This document shows positions 10,101 to 18,853 of a stretch of 38,856 bases of DNA, one piece after another; positions within the stretch are counted from its first letter, which is position 1, and every line of letters begins with the position of its first letter. The DNA comes from an uncultured Bacilli bacterium (GTDB taxonomy: Bacteria; Bacillota_I; Bacilli_A; RF39; UBA660). Location: assembly GCA_947585915.1 (NCBI GenBank), contig CANPXJ010000003.1:1-38856 (forward strand), written 5' to 3'. Both the position numbers and the translations under genes were made by a program. The notes under the pieces are model-generated. The model was given only the letters and a program-made list of their open reading frames with translations. It was not told the DNA's origin and did no database searches.

Positions 10101-11243
10101 ACAATGAGTTTACTATTTAGCTTATATGATTCTAAATATATTAAAGCTCATGAAACAATATCCTTAAAAGATTATGTAAGTTTTATAATAACAGATGTCA
10201 TGAATAATCCTGAATATGCTTCTTCTTTTGATAATTCTAAAAAAGAAAAATTAACAACAATCAATAATATAATGATAAATTCTTTAAAAAAGGTAAAATA
10301 TACATCTAATGAAGCTTTTGGAATCCTTACTATTTTAAGTGATGATTTAGATAAAAATTTATTAGATTTAGTCTATATGTATTATGGTAGTAATAATGAA
10401 TATAATAATTCTTGGCAAATGACGATTGAAGAATTTGTTAATTATTTAAATAGTAATATTATTAATGATGAAAGATTTACGGATTTTATTAGTAAAGATA
10501 AAAGAAAAATAATAGTTGATGCTAAAAAAACAGTCGATAAATCTAAAAAGTTATTAGTATCTAATAAATATTCAAGAATAGTTCTTAATACCAAATATGC
10601 GGCGGAGGACAAAGAAACATATCAATTTATAAACAATTTACATAAAAAAATAGGTAATAAAGATGATATATATGTTGTAGGAGATTCACCTATGGCAGTA
10701 GAAATTAGTAAAACGTTTAATAAGGAATTAAATAAGATTACGATATTGACGATGATATTTATTTTCGTAGTTGTAGCCTTTACTTTTAGAGATTTAATTA
10801 TTCCTTTCGTTTTAGTTTTAATTATTCAAACTGCTGTTTATATTACTATGAGTGCTATATCTCTTTCAGGTGGTTCAGTATATTTTATATCTTTATTAAT
10901 AGTTCAAGCAATTTTAATGGGAGCCACTATTGATTATGCGATTGTTTATACCTCTTACTACCGGGAATCAAGATTAACAATGGGTATTAAAGATTCAATT
11001 ATAAATGCTTATAATAAATCGATTCATACAATTATTAGTTCATCTTCTATTCTAATTATTGTTACTCTTATTGTTGCTGGGTTTGCCTCAGCCATAGCTG
11101 CTAAAATATGTGAAACTATATCTGAAGGTACTTTAGCTTCTTTAATTCTAATATTATTTGTTTTACCGGGAGTTTTAGCACGTACAGATAAACTAATATG
11201 TAGAAAAGGTTATTATAAAGATAAAAAGAAAAATCATGATTAA
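7173..11243 (+). CDS. MMPL/RND family transporter with a large repeat-containing extracytoplasmic insert
   Basis: Two RND TM bundles (LQLALSMDYSIML; ILMGATIDYAIV) separated by about 800 aa of soluble repeats. Confidence 0.88.
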   Translation: MKKITNFIVEKRYYFLALFIILAGICLFLATKVNINEDIIKYLPKDSETKIGKDIMDEEFAQEDSSTLNVMFKNLSKKEKEQTLEDLKALEGVSSVEYENTKEYNKDKYTLYVLNVADYNDSKKATNVYNEVQDNFKTAGMSGSIYDANKPVLQTWVVILAIACAMVILIILSDSYIEPWLYLISIGIAVFINKGTNIMFDSVSSITNSIVAILQLALSMDYSIMLSNRYKQEKEKNPNKIAAMKEALYHSFKAISSSSVTTIVGLLALVFMSFTIGKDLGFVLAKGVLLSLASIFFCLPALLLIFDNLIAKTKKKTPKFNLTKLGKFIYKTRFVQAALIIGLFIAAYLLKGNINILYTASEQDKVGKVFPATNQMAIVYNNKYEDIISKYCHSLEKDKKIDEVLCYSNTLNEKLAYDELNQKFKDLGQDVEIDDYLIKIIYYNYYNQDENNKMTLDEFITFIKSDIYTNDNFKNSLNQNMKNSINTLENFTAPSLINKNRTPEEIASILGMEQQDAQNILIYYNSKNLDTKMTIKEFGNFMLSDVANDPKYSASIDKQTLAKLQQLQNFTNVSQINKQMSAKEIANIFDIDKSLVEQLFLFAKTNSESKTTLTLNEFANFALEMAKEPTYQNMFDQNTLNSLNLLKTLSDENIINNPLDQSNMQTLLNNLGFNLDVSLLYTFYTGVNSDTTLTLNEFATTALAMADNGYDAYFDVQQLQVLQNLTTKEKLTKEVLYQTFNISKDTLGEVLFKKIDDAITTDEMTPSEFANTLQDLLNNPDLGLSEEQINALKESLTTAQKLINDITSHSKTEIASILKQNETIVSMIYGVHDVNNKVKPISLKELINFLTLNKDNTFIKPYLENKIDLLNLAYMIVNNSQNLYSYQEISKITNTNVAQVKQIYGAYDYYHEITKMTPLEFANLIINNKDNTLLKGKLSKSALSELTMVREVMLATLNQTKYSVSNLSSLLGINNDTMSLLFSLYDSKYIKAHETISLKDYVSFIITDVMNNPEYASSFDNSKKEKLTTINNIMINSLKKVKYTSNEAFGILTILSDDLDKNLLDLVYMYYGSNNEYNNSWQMTIEEFVNYLNSNIINDERFTDFISKDKRKIIVDAKKTVDKSKKLLVSNKYSRIVLNTKYAAEDKETYQFINNLHKKIGNKDDIYVVGDSPMAVEISKTFNKELNKITILTMIFIFVVVAFTFRDLIIPFVLVLIIQTAVYITMSAISLSGGSVYFISLLIVQAILMGATIDYAIVYTSYYRESRLTMGIKDSIINAYNKSIHTIISSSSILIIVTLIVAGFASAIAAKICETISEGTLASLILILFVLPGVLARTDKLICRKGYYKDKKKNHD

Positions 11244-11258
11244 ATTTTCATGATTTTT
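11229..11258. terminator. Bidirectional intrinsic terminator between MMPL and lysR
   Basis: AAAAATCATGA-ttaaattt-TCATGATTTTT inverted repeat between convergent genes. Confidence 0.6.
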
Positions 11259-11272
11259 TGTTGTAAGAAGAA

Positions 11273-12160
11273 CTACTTTTTAATAAGTTCAATTAATTTT
11301 TTGGTACTAAAATTTGGTAAATGATTTTTAGATAAGGCAATGCCTATATATCTACTTGGTATTTTTTCTTTAATATTTAAAATAAATAGTTCTTTATTTT
11401 GTAATTCTTTAGAAATATAATTTTTAGTGACATATCCTATTCCCAACCCAATTTTGGCAAATTCTACAACTAAATTATAACTAGCTAATTCAATGTTTGG
11501 TTTTAATAAAACATGATTATTAAAAGCAATATTATCAATAAATTTTCGGGTGTTTGAGCCTTTAGCTTGTAATATTAGAGGGTATTTATTTAAATCATTT
11601 AAAGATAACTCTTGGTTTATTAAGTTTTTAAATTTAGAATTAACGACAAAGCAATCTTGAATTTTTTGGCATTTTATTATTTCAAAATCATTATCGTATT
11701 TAGAATTATTTAGATTTAAAACAACCATATCAATTAAACCATTACGTAATTTTGTAAATAAAACAGAACTTAAATTAGTATCAATTTGAATATTTATTTT
11801 GGGATATTTTTCGTGAAATTCTTCTAAAAAGGGAAGAAGGAATTCTTTTGTTAAAGTAGAACTTATACCTATTTTAATACAGCCAGTATCTAAATTAATC
11901 AGTTCTGTAAATTTATTTTCGGCACTTGTTATATAAGAAATAGCTTCTTTAATTAATTTATAAAATTCTTCTCCTTCGCTTGTTAAAATTACACCCCTTT
12001 TTGTCCTAGTAAAAAGTTGTCCTCCTAGTTGTTCTTCTAAATTTTTAATAGATTTACTTATAGCTGGTTGAGAAATATTTAACTCTCTAGCCGCCAATGA
12101 AATGTTTCCATTACGAGCAACGATATAAAAAATACGATATAATTCAAAATCAATATTCAT
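11273..12160 (-). CDS. LysR family transcriptional regulator
   Basis: FYIVARNGNISLAARELNISQPAISKSIKNLEEQLGGQLFTRT HTH followed by a substrate-binding domain. Confidence 0.96.
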   Translation of the reverse strand: MNIDFELYRIFYIVARNGNISLAARELNISQPAISKSIKNLEEQLGGQLFTRTKRGVILTSEGEEFYKLIKEAISYITSAENKFTELINLDTGCIKIGISSTLTKEFLLPFLEEFHEKYPKINIQIDTNLSSVLFTKLRNGLIDMVVLNLNNSKYDNDFEIIKCQKIQDCFVVNSKFKNLINQELSLNDLNKYPLILQAKGSNTRKFIDNIAFNNHVLLKPNIELASYNLVVEFAKIGLGIGYVTKNYISKELQNKELFILNIKEKIPSRYIGIALSKNHLPNFSTKKLIELIKK

Positions 12161-12161
12161 A

Positions 12162-12176
12162 ATAACCTCCGGTTAT
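12162..12176. promoter_or_regulatory. LysR box (T-N11-A dyad) overlapping the lysR RBS
   Basis: ATAAC-ctccg-GTTAT, with T12163-N11-A12175, in the 90-bp divergent spacer. Confidence 0.7.
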
Positions 12177-12250
12177 AATAGATATACAAAATATGCATTT
12201 TTATTATATCAGCCTTTAGATTATAATACAAGTAGAAAGGACGTGATTAG

Positions 12251-12805
12251 ATGATTATTTGTGTTTGTGGAAAATCAGCATCTGGTAAAACAACTTTATG
12301 CCAAGATATTCAAAAAATACAACCGAATTCAGTACATATAGATGTTGATAACATTTCTCACCAAGTATTAGAAATTAAAGAAGTTCAAAAATCTTTAGCT
12401 AATACTTTTGGCAAAGAGGTAGTAGTTAATCATAAAGTTAATCGTCAGAAGTTAGGTAACATTGTATTTAATAGTCAACAACAGATGGAAAAATTAACGT
12501 TAATTACATGGAAATATATGGAACAGATTATTGATAATTATATTAAAAAATATTCAGATAAATTAATAATATTGGATTGGTTATTATTACCTAAAACCAA
12601 ATACTTTGAACAAAGTAATTATAAAATTTTATTAGAAATACCTTTTGAAGAAAGATTAAAACGTGCTCTAAAAAGAGATAACATCAGCGAAGAAGCTTTT
12701 AGGCTTCGAGAAAAGGCTAGTTTAACATATGATAAAGAAGGTTTTGATTTAGTAATAAACAATTTAGAAAATAAAAAATATTTAAGAAAGTTGATGAGAT
12801 TATGA
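12251..12805 (+). CDS. coaE: Dephospho-CoA kinase
   Basis: P-loop GKSASGKTT, IDVDNISHQ, VNRQKLGNIVF, RLKRALKRD match the CoaE fold, but the sequence is divergent. Confidence 0.8.
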   Translation: MIICVCGKSASGKTTLCQDIQKIQPNSVHIDVDNISHQVLEIKEVQKSLANTFGKEVVVNHKVNRQKLGNIVFNSQQQMEKLTLITWKYMEQIIDNYIKKYSDKLIILDWLLLPKTKYFEQSNYKILLEIPFEERLKRALKRDNISEEAFRLREKASLTYDKEGFDLVINNLENKKYLRKLMRL

Positions 12806-13293
12806 GTAAAGTTATTTATCCAGGAAGTTTTGACCCAATTACTAAAGGCCATATGAATATTATTGACCAAGCTGGGAAAGTTTTTGAGGAAGTTATTATA
12901 GCTGTATTACAAAATTCTGATAAAAAACAAGGGATGTTTACTTTAGATGAAAGAGTAGAAATAATCAAGAAAGTTTATGAAAATAAACAAAATATAAGAG
13001 TAATTAAAGGAAGTGGGGCAACAGTTGATGTAGCAAGAGCAAATAATTGCCAAGCTATTGTTAGAGGTATTAGAAGTTTAACTGATTATGCGCAGGAAGT
13101 TTTATTAAAACAAGTAAATCAAGATATTTCTAATAATCAGATTCAGACAGTTTGTTTCCTAGCTGATTGTTGTTATCAATTTATTTCATCTTCAATGGTG
13201 AAAGAAGTTTTTGCTTTAAATAAGGATATTTCTTCCTATGTTGAGCCTTATGTAAAAAAAAGAATGTATGAAAAAAGAGGAGGCCAAAAATGA
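12802..13293 (+). CDS. coaD: Pantetheine-phosphate adenylyltransferase
   Basis: YPGSFDPITKGH (HxGH-type motif), FTLDERV, IVRGIR, FISSSMVKEV; ATGA overlap with coaE. Confidence 0.92.
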   Translation: MSKVIYPGSFDPITKGHMNIIDQAGKVFEEVIIAVLQNSDKKQGMFTLDERVEIIKKVYENKQNIRVIKGSGATVDVARANNCQAIVRGIRSLTDYAQEVLLKQVNQDISNNQIQTVCFLADCCYQFISSSMVKEVFALNKDISSYVEPYVKKRMYEKRGGQK

Positions 13294-14048
13294 ATATTAC
13301 GATAATTCCTTTGGGCACTGTATCACCATTTTGTTATCAAAATATGAATTGTCCTGGTTTTTTAATAAAATATAAAGATTATAATATTTTACTAGATTGT
13401 GGAAACGGAGTGACGAGATATTTTGATGTTTTAAATGATTTAAAGAAACTTCATATTTTTATTTCTCATTATCATTTTGACCATTATAGTGATATTTACG
13501 CGTTGCAATATGCTTCTTTTGTAAATCATAATCTTGGTTTATTAAAGGAAAAAATTAATATTTACTTACCGAAAGATGATCTAAAACAAAGAAAACAGAA
13601 TATAAAAAATAATGAAGATAGCTTTGCTAATTATCACGATATAGATTATAATAAAAATTACTATTTTGATGATTTAAAGGTGAGTTTTGAAGATAATAAA
13701 TCTCATCCAATTAATTCATATATGACAAAATTAGAAAACGATGATTATAAAATTGTTTACACCGCTGATGTGGGAACAACTAATTTAGATGGAATAGTTG
13801 ATTTTAGTAAAAATGCTGATTTATTGATTTGCGAAGCTTCTTTACTTTTAGTGCATAACTCAAATAGTAAAACTCATTTAACGGCACATACAGCGGCCGA
13901 AATTGCTAAAAAAGCCAAGGTAAAAAAATTATTGCTAACTCATTTTTATCCGCTTGAAGATAAAAGGAAGTATTTAAAAGAAGCTCAAGAAGTATTTAAG
14001 GAAAGTTATGTAGCTTATGAAAATAAAAAAATAATTTTAAGGAGATAA
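13290..14048 (+). CDS. MBL-fold metallo-hydrolase (RNase Z/YhfI-like phosphodiesterase)
   Basis: LLDCGNG, SHYHFDH (HxHxDH), YTAD, LLICEA, HLT..AAEIA..A.VKKLLLTHF; ATGA overlap with coaD. Confidence 0.88.
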   Translation: MNITIIPLGTVSPFCYQNMNCPGFLIKYKDYNILLDCGNGVTRYFDVLNDLKKLHIFISHYHFDHYSDIYALQYASFVNHNLGLLKEKINIYLPKDDLKQRKQNIKNNEDSFANYHDIDYNKNYYFDDLKVSFEDNKSHPINSYMTKLENDDYKIVYTADVGTTNLDGIVDFSKNADLLICEASLLLVHNSNSKTHLTAHTAAEIAKKAKVKKLLLTHFYPLEDKRKYLKEAQEVFKESYVAYENKKIILRR

Positions 14049-14054
14049 AGTAAT

Positions 14055-14903
14055 ATGGAGAAGTTAATTGATTTGCACACTCATACAAATTTTTCAGATG
14101 GACAATATTCACCTAATGAATTAATAAAAAAGGCAATTGCTAATAATGTTAGCGTTTTGGCTATCACTGACCATGATACAATAGCGGGATTAGAATATAT
14201 TGATAGAAGTGATTTTGAAAATCAAATAAAAATTATAAATGGAATCGAATTATCTATTAAAGTAGATAAGGGAGCTATGCATATATTAGGGTTAGGAATT
14301 GATTATAAAAATGAACTTTTAAATCAAGTAACTAAAGAATTAAAAAAGAAAAGTATTAGAGCAACTTTTGCTATTATAGATAGGATTAAAAAAGATTACA
14401 ATATTATTTTTAATGAACAAGATTTAGAGACACTATTAAAGGCAAATAGGAATATAGGTAGACCAGATGTAGCTAAATTGTGTATTAAGTATGGGTATGC
14501 TAAAAGTGTAAGTGAGGCTTTTAAAAAATATTTAATTGATGCTTATAATAAAACTCGTAGTGTCGGAAAAGGATTGCGATATGATGAAGCTATTGATTTA
14601 ATTTTAAAAAGTGGGGGAATTCCCGTTCTTGCTCACCCTAAAACTTTAGAATTAGATAAAAAAGATTTTCTAATTTGTTTAAGAAAATTAATTTCTTGTG
14701 GTTTGAAAGGCATAGAAGTTTATCATTCAACTTTCTTACCAGAAGATATTGAATATTATACTAATATTGCTCGTGAATATAATTTATTAATGAGCGGGGG
14801 AAGCGATTATCATGGGCCAGATATTAAACCAGATATATCTTTAGGAACAGGTAAAAATAATAATTTACGAATAAAAAAATTAAGCATTTTAGATAAATTA
14901 TAA
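14055..14903 (+). CDS. PHP domain protein (TrpH/YciV-like; 3',5'-nucleoside bisphosphate phosphatase / RNase AM family)
   Basis: DLHTHTNFSDG, AITDHDT, GIELS, HILG, GRP, VLAHP, GIEVYHS, GGSDYHG. Confidence 0.88.
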   Translation: MEKLIDLHTHTNFSDGQYSPNELIKKAIANNVSVLAITDHDTIAGLEYIDRSDFENQIKIINGIELSIKVDKGAMHILGLGIDYKNELLNQVTKELKKKSIRATFAIIDRIKKDYNIIFNEQDLETLLKANRNIGRPDVAKLCIKYGYAKSVSEAFKKYLIDAYNKTRSVGKGLRYDEAIDLILKSGGIPVLAHPKTLELDKKDFLICLRKLISCGLKGIEVYHSTFLPEDIEYYTNIAREYNLLMSGGSDYHGPDIKPDISLGTGKNNNLRIKKLSILDKL

Positions 14904-15058
14904 AAAGAATCATGATTTTTTAAATATTGTTTAATTATAGAAACTATTCTTTCTTTTTCGATAATCCGTTAAGGATGTGTTGAAAAGGTGTTTAGGAAAG
15001 TATAAAATATATAAAAGTAATTGGTTAAAAAAATATTATCCTAGCTAGGAGGCTATTT

Positions 15059-15262
15059 ATGAAAGAATATGATTGGAGACCATCATTAATGGCAAGTAAA
15101 GTAAAGAAGGTTTTTCCCGAAAAAAAAGAAATCGTTTTTTTCGATGATGAAAAAGAACTGGCATGTAAAGTTCCCCTTGATATATTTCTTGAGCAACAAT
15201 TAAAAGCCGAGAAACCGCCAATTATAAAAAAAAGAGTTTATAAAGAAAATAAGTGGATATAA
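15059..15262 (+). CDS. Small hypothetical protein
   Basis: 67-aa ORF with a strong AGGAGG RBS and a downstream terminator. Confidence 0.6.
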   Translation: MKEYDWRPSLMASKVKKVFPEKKEIVFFDDEKELACKVPLDIFLEQQLKAEKPPIIKKRVYKENKWI

Positions 15263-15319
15263 TTTCAATTTTAATTGATAGAAAAAAGAGAAAATATAAA
15301 AAGTCAAATTAATAATTTA

Positions 15320-15350
15320 AAGAAACTGCCAATTTAATTGGTAGTTTCTT
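15320..15350. terminator. Bidirectional intrinsic terminator
   Basis: AAGAAACTGCCAA-tttaa-TTGGTAGTTTCTT hairpin between convergent genes. Confidence 0.75.
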
Positions 15351-16654
15351 TAAAATTTCCTTCTTACTCGAGGATGACCACATGGAGTAGGGCAATTGTA
15401 ATCGGGATAAGCACATCTTAAACGATTAATATATGGTTCTAAAGCTTGAGCTAGTTCCAACTTTTCAGCTGCCAATAATCCAGCATAGATATCGGGAAGC
15501 ATTTGATTTGTAAACATATCTTGAGTTTCAGTAAAAGCTCGATCGCACGCACGTTCTTTTCCCACGTAATGAACTAAATTGCGCAAAGATCCGTTAATAT
15601 TAGTTTGCACCATTTTCCCTTGGGGATATAAATTATTAACACTTAACATATCATAATACCAATCATCTTCTAAATCTTTTTTGCCACTTAATAATAAAGG
15701 GGTATAAAATTGATATTCATTTTTATTAGGAGTAAGCATTTCAAAATCTATAGTACGATGACGATGAAATTGGGCAAAGCAAGCTAAAGATATTTGGGTA
15801 TTATAACTAAAAGCTGAATCATAACAATCAGGTAAATTAATACCACTAAATTTATTTCGCTCAGCAAATAGAGATAAATTTATATTTTTGTTATTGTGAT
15901 AAAAATAATCATCATTGTAAGGGACATCTACAATTCCTAACTCGGCAATTTTTTGATTAGTTATAACTACATCTAAATCTTTTAATTTTGCAATAAAATC
16001 TTTCATATAGGGAATAAGTAACTCTTCAAATTCATTTAAAGGGTTAGCAATTATTCTTTGCATATATAAACAAATCTTATTAATTTGCGCCAATGGTACA
16101 GTATAAGTTAAAGTAGTAGGAATAAAAACACTAGTCATATAACGAGCATTTTCTTGAGCAATTCTTTTAATAGCATTATAAGTTTTTTTCTTTGTTGCTT
16201 CCTCAGTCTTTCCTTGATTAAATTTCCAAAAAAAGTCATAATATTCTGTAGTTAAGATATTAGTAAAAATGTCAAACCATTTATCATATAAAGTGATTTC
16301 TTTATCTGAAATATAATTACTAGCAACAATTGGTGTATATCTTAAAGATCTTTCATCGGCAGCATACTCATGCTCATTATTTAAAATCATACAAAGTATT
16401 TTAGGAATGCCAGTAATTTCTAGGCTAACTGAAACTTGTTCACTAGGCGAGGTGTGATCACTTAATATTGTGTTTATTCCTCTTTTAATTAATTGCTCAT
16501 CACTTTCGGTTTCCCTAATCATTTGGGGAGTTATATCACCATTTTTAAAACACACTGCTGCTTTAACACCTGTTACCTTTAGAGCCTCTTTTAAATCCAA
16601 CTTCTTTTTATCCTTAGTTAAACACATCCCATTAGGATCTAAGTTTATTTCCAT
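15350..16654 (-). CDS. thyX: FAD-dependent thymidylate synthase, tandem two-domain form
   Basis: HTSPSEQ...ITGIP...ERSLRY...ENARY in the first half; ISLACFAQFHRHR in the second half; 434 aa is roughly twice a single ThyX. Confidence 0.75.
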   Translation of the reverse strand: MEINLDPNGMCLTKDKKKLDLKEALKVTGVKAAVCFKNGDITPQMIRETESDEQLIKRGINTILSDHTSPSEQVSVSLEITGIPKILCMILNNEHEYAADERSLRYTPIVASNYISDKEITLYDKWFDIFTNILTTEYYDFFWKFNQGKTEEATKKKTYNAIKRIAQENARYMTSVFIPTTLTYTVPLAQINKICLYMQRIIANPLNEFEELLIPYMKDFIAKLKDLDVVITNQKIAELGIVDVPYNDDYFYHNNKNINLSLFAERNKFSGINLPDCYDSAFSYNTQISLACFAQFHRHRTIDFEMLTPNKNEYQFYTPLLLSGKKDLEDDWYYDMLSVNNLYPQGKMVQTNINGSLRNLVHYVGKERACDRAFTETQDMFTNQMLPDIYAGLLAAEKLELAQALEPYINRLRCAYPDYNCPTPCGHPRVRRKF

Positions 16655-16728
16655 TTTCTAAACCCTCCTTAAATTAAGTATAACATAAAATATGAAAATA
16701 TATATATATTTTAATGAAGGAGGAAAAA

Positions 16729-17340
16729 ATGTATAAATTAAAAGAACTACCATATCTTTATCAAGATTTAGAACCATATATTAAAACGCATACAATGGGT
16801 TTGCATTATCATAAACACGCCGAGAACTATCTTAATAAATTAAATCAAATACTTACCCAAAATAATTATAAGTTTAATTATCAATTAAACGAGCTTTTAT
16901 TTCATATTGATGAATTTCCTCAAGAAGTGCAAGAAGATATTTTATTTAATTTAGGAGGAGTTATAAATCATAACTTATATTTTTATAGTATAGGTAAAGA
17001 TAGTGCTAAACCAGAAGGCTTATTTAAAAGTTATTTAGAAAGAAAATATCAAAATTTGGATAACTTTTTTCAAAAATTAAAAGAAAAAGCCTTAAAATTA
17101 AAAGGCTCTGGTTATACTTTTTTAGTAATTAATGCAAAACAAGAATTAGATTTAATTAATTTACCAAATCAACAAACACCTTGGCTAATTGGTAATATTC
17201 CTCTTTTTTGTATCGATTTATGGGAACATGCTTACTATTTAACTTATGAAAATGATAAAGAAAAGTATATTGATAATTTTATTGAAATTGCTGATTTTTC
17301 TTTAGCCAGTAAAATATTTAATAATTATTTTAAAGCTTGA
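16729..17340 (+). CDS. sodA: Fe/Mn superoxide dismutase
   Basis: [32 protein letters not shown]; ATG 16729 follows AGGAGG. Metal specificity is not certain. Confidence 0.88.
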   Translation: MYKLKELPYLYQDLEPYIKTHTMGLHYHKHAENYLNKLNQILTQNNYKFNYQLNELLFHIDEFPQEVQEDILFNLGGVINHNLYFYSIGKDSAKPEGLFKSYLERKYQNLDNFFQKLKEKALKLKGSGYTFLVINAKQELDLINLPNQQTPWLIGNIPLFCIDLWEHAYYLTYENDKEKYIDNFIEIADFSLASKIFNNYFKA

Positions 17341-18788
17341 ATTATAATGGTAACTACTGGATTAATAAATGATGAATAACTGCTTATGTTAGCAATATTA
17401 GGAGCATTTAAGTAAAATGATTTATTACCTAAATTTACAAGTTCAAAAACATCATCAGTTGAAGCATTAAAGATTCCATGCCCAGCTATTTCTAAAACAG
17501 GTTCCGCAAAATTCCAAACAGAACGACCGGCATAAACTGTATCTTCGCCTACTTTTTTAAAACCTATGGCAATTATATCGGTAGTTGGATCAAAGTCTTG
17601 AGTTGTTGTATAAGAAGCATTAACGATAAAATCGATGCGATAAACTCCATCTTTATTAAAAGTTATAGTATTGTTATCAAGATTTATTTCGTTTCTTACA
17701 TCTAAGGACTTAATTTCAATTGGAATTCGACCTTTGCTTGGCACTTCAACACCTTGGGGTTTTTGATCTTCATCATGAAAAGTTACGAAGAAGGCGGCGG
17801 GAATTTCTAATGGTCCTTCAACGCCTTGGGGGCCCTGTGGACCAGGTTCACCCTTATCTCCTTTAGGCCCTTGTTCGCCTTTTTCTCCAGGTAATCCTTG
17901 TTCACCTCTTGGCCCTTGTGGTCCCATTGGTCCTGTATCCCCTTTAGGTCCATCACTCCCATTAATTCCTCTAGGAATAACAAAATCAAATATATGATTT
18001 AAACCGGCTTTACGATCGACGATTTTGGCAAAGGTACTAGCATCACCTGTAGAAACAATTCCTAAACTAATTGTTTCGCCTTCACCAGTGTCACCTTTAT
18101 CCCCCTTTGGTCCTTGAGGACCTGGTGGACCCATCTCACCTTTTTCGCCTTTCCAACCAGTAGGTCCTGGATCTCCTTTTTCGCCAGGAGGACCTTGAAT
18201 TCCTTGTGGTCCAGTATCACCTTTAGGACCGGGGTCACCTTGTGGTCCCATTGGACCTATATCTCCTTTAGGCCCTTGGGGACCTATATCACCTGTCTCC
18301 CCTTTTTCACCTGGAATTCCCTGTTCTCCTTTTTCGCCTTGCTCACCTTGAATTCCTTGTTCACCTTGCGGTCCTTGAGGTCCTCTTGGCCCTTGTAATC
18401 CTGTTTCCCCTTTAGGTCCAATTAAACCTTGCGGTCCAGTTTCCCCTTTAGGTCCACGAATATGACCAACATTTGCCCATTCATTTTCTTCTTCTGACCA
18501 AACATATAAATCATCACCAACTAAATACGACGAACCAATTGTGGAAGTAGGGTGATGAGCAATTAAATCATTATAAGAATCATAATTACCTAAAATTGTA
18601 ACACTAACACCGGCTGGTCCCTGTGGTCCAGTTGGACCTATTTCACCAGTGTCTCCTTTATCACCCTTCGGTCCAGTTGGACCTACACTAGGGGAGTATT
18701 GAGGATATGAATAACAATAGGGGGTACAATTACAATTTTTTTGGGCATTATTAATTTTATCTAAAGCTTTTTGATAACTATTATTCAT
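17325..18788 (-). CDS. Collagen-like (Gly-X-Y) protein, possibly spore/exosporium surface protein
   Basis: Three GXY tracts with two short globular interruptions, a Cys/Tyr-rich N-terminus, a beta-rich C-terminal domain, and no obvious signal peptide. Confidence 0.85.
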   Translation of the reverse strand: MNNSYQKALDKINNAQKNCNCTPYCYSYPQYSPSVGPTGPKGDKGDTGEIGPTGPQGPAGVSVTILGNYDSYNDLIAHHPTSTIGSSYLVGDDLYVWSEEENEWANVGHIRGPKGETGPQGLIGPKGETGLQGPRGPQGPQGEQGIQGEQGEKGEQGIPGEKGETGDIGPQGPKGDIGPMGPQGDPGPKGDTGPQGIQGPPGEKGDPGPTGWKGEKGEMGPPGPQGPKGDKGDTGEGETISLGIVSTGDASTFAKIVDRKAGLNHIFDFVIPRGINGSDGPKGDTGPMGPQGPRGEQGLPGEKGEQGPKGDKGEPGPQGPQGVEGPLEIPAAFFVTFHDEDQKPQGVEVPSKGRIPIEIKSLDVRNEINLDNNTITFNKDGVYRIDFIVNASYTTTQDFDPTTDIIAIGFKKVGEDTVYAGRSVWNFAEPVLEIAGHGIFNASTDDVFELVNLGNKSFYLNAPNIANISSYSSFINPVVTIIIQALK

Positions 18789-18853
18789 AAAAAATCATCC
18801 CTTTATAATAAGATATGATAATTTCGAAAATTAAGTTAAAAAAAGATAATTTC

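Noticed and set aside
14904-15058. Possible ncRNA in the spacer between the PHP gene and the small ORF
   Set aside because: Only a weak short stem; no recognisable family motif.
17810-18690. GC-rich repetitive tract as a CRISPR array or horizontally acquired island
   Set aside because: Explained by Gly-Pro codon repeats of the collagen-like gene; no constant repeat-spacer structure and no cas genes.
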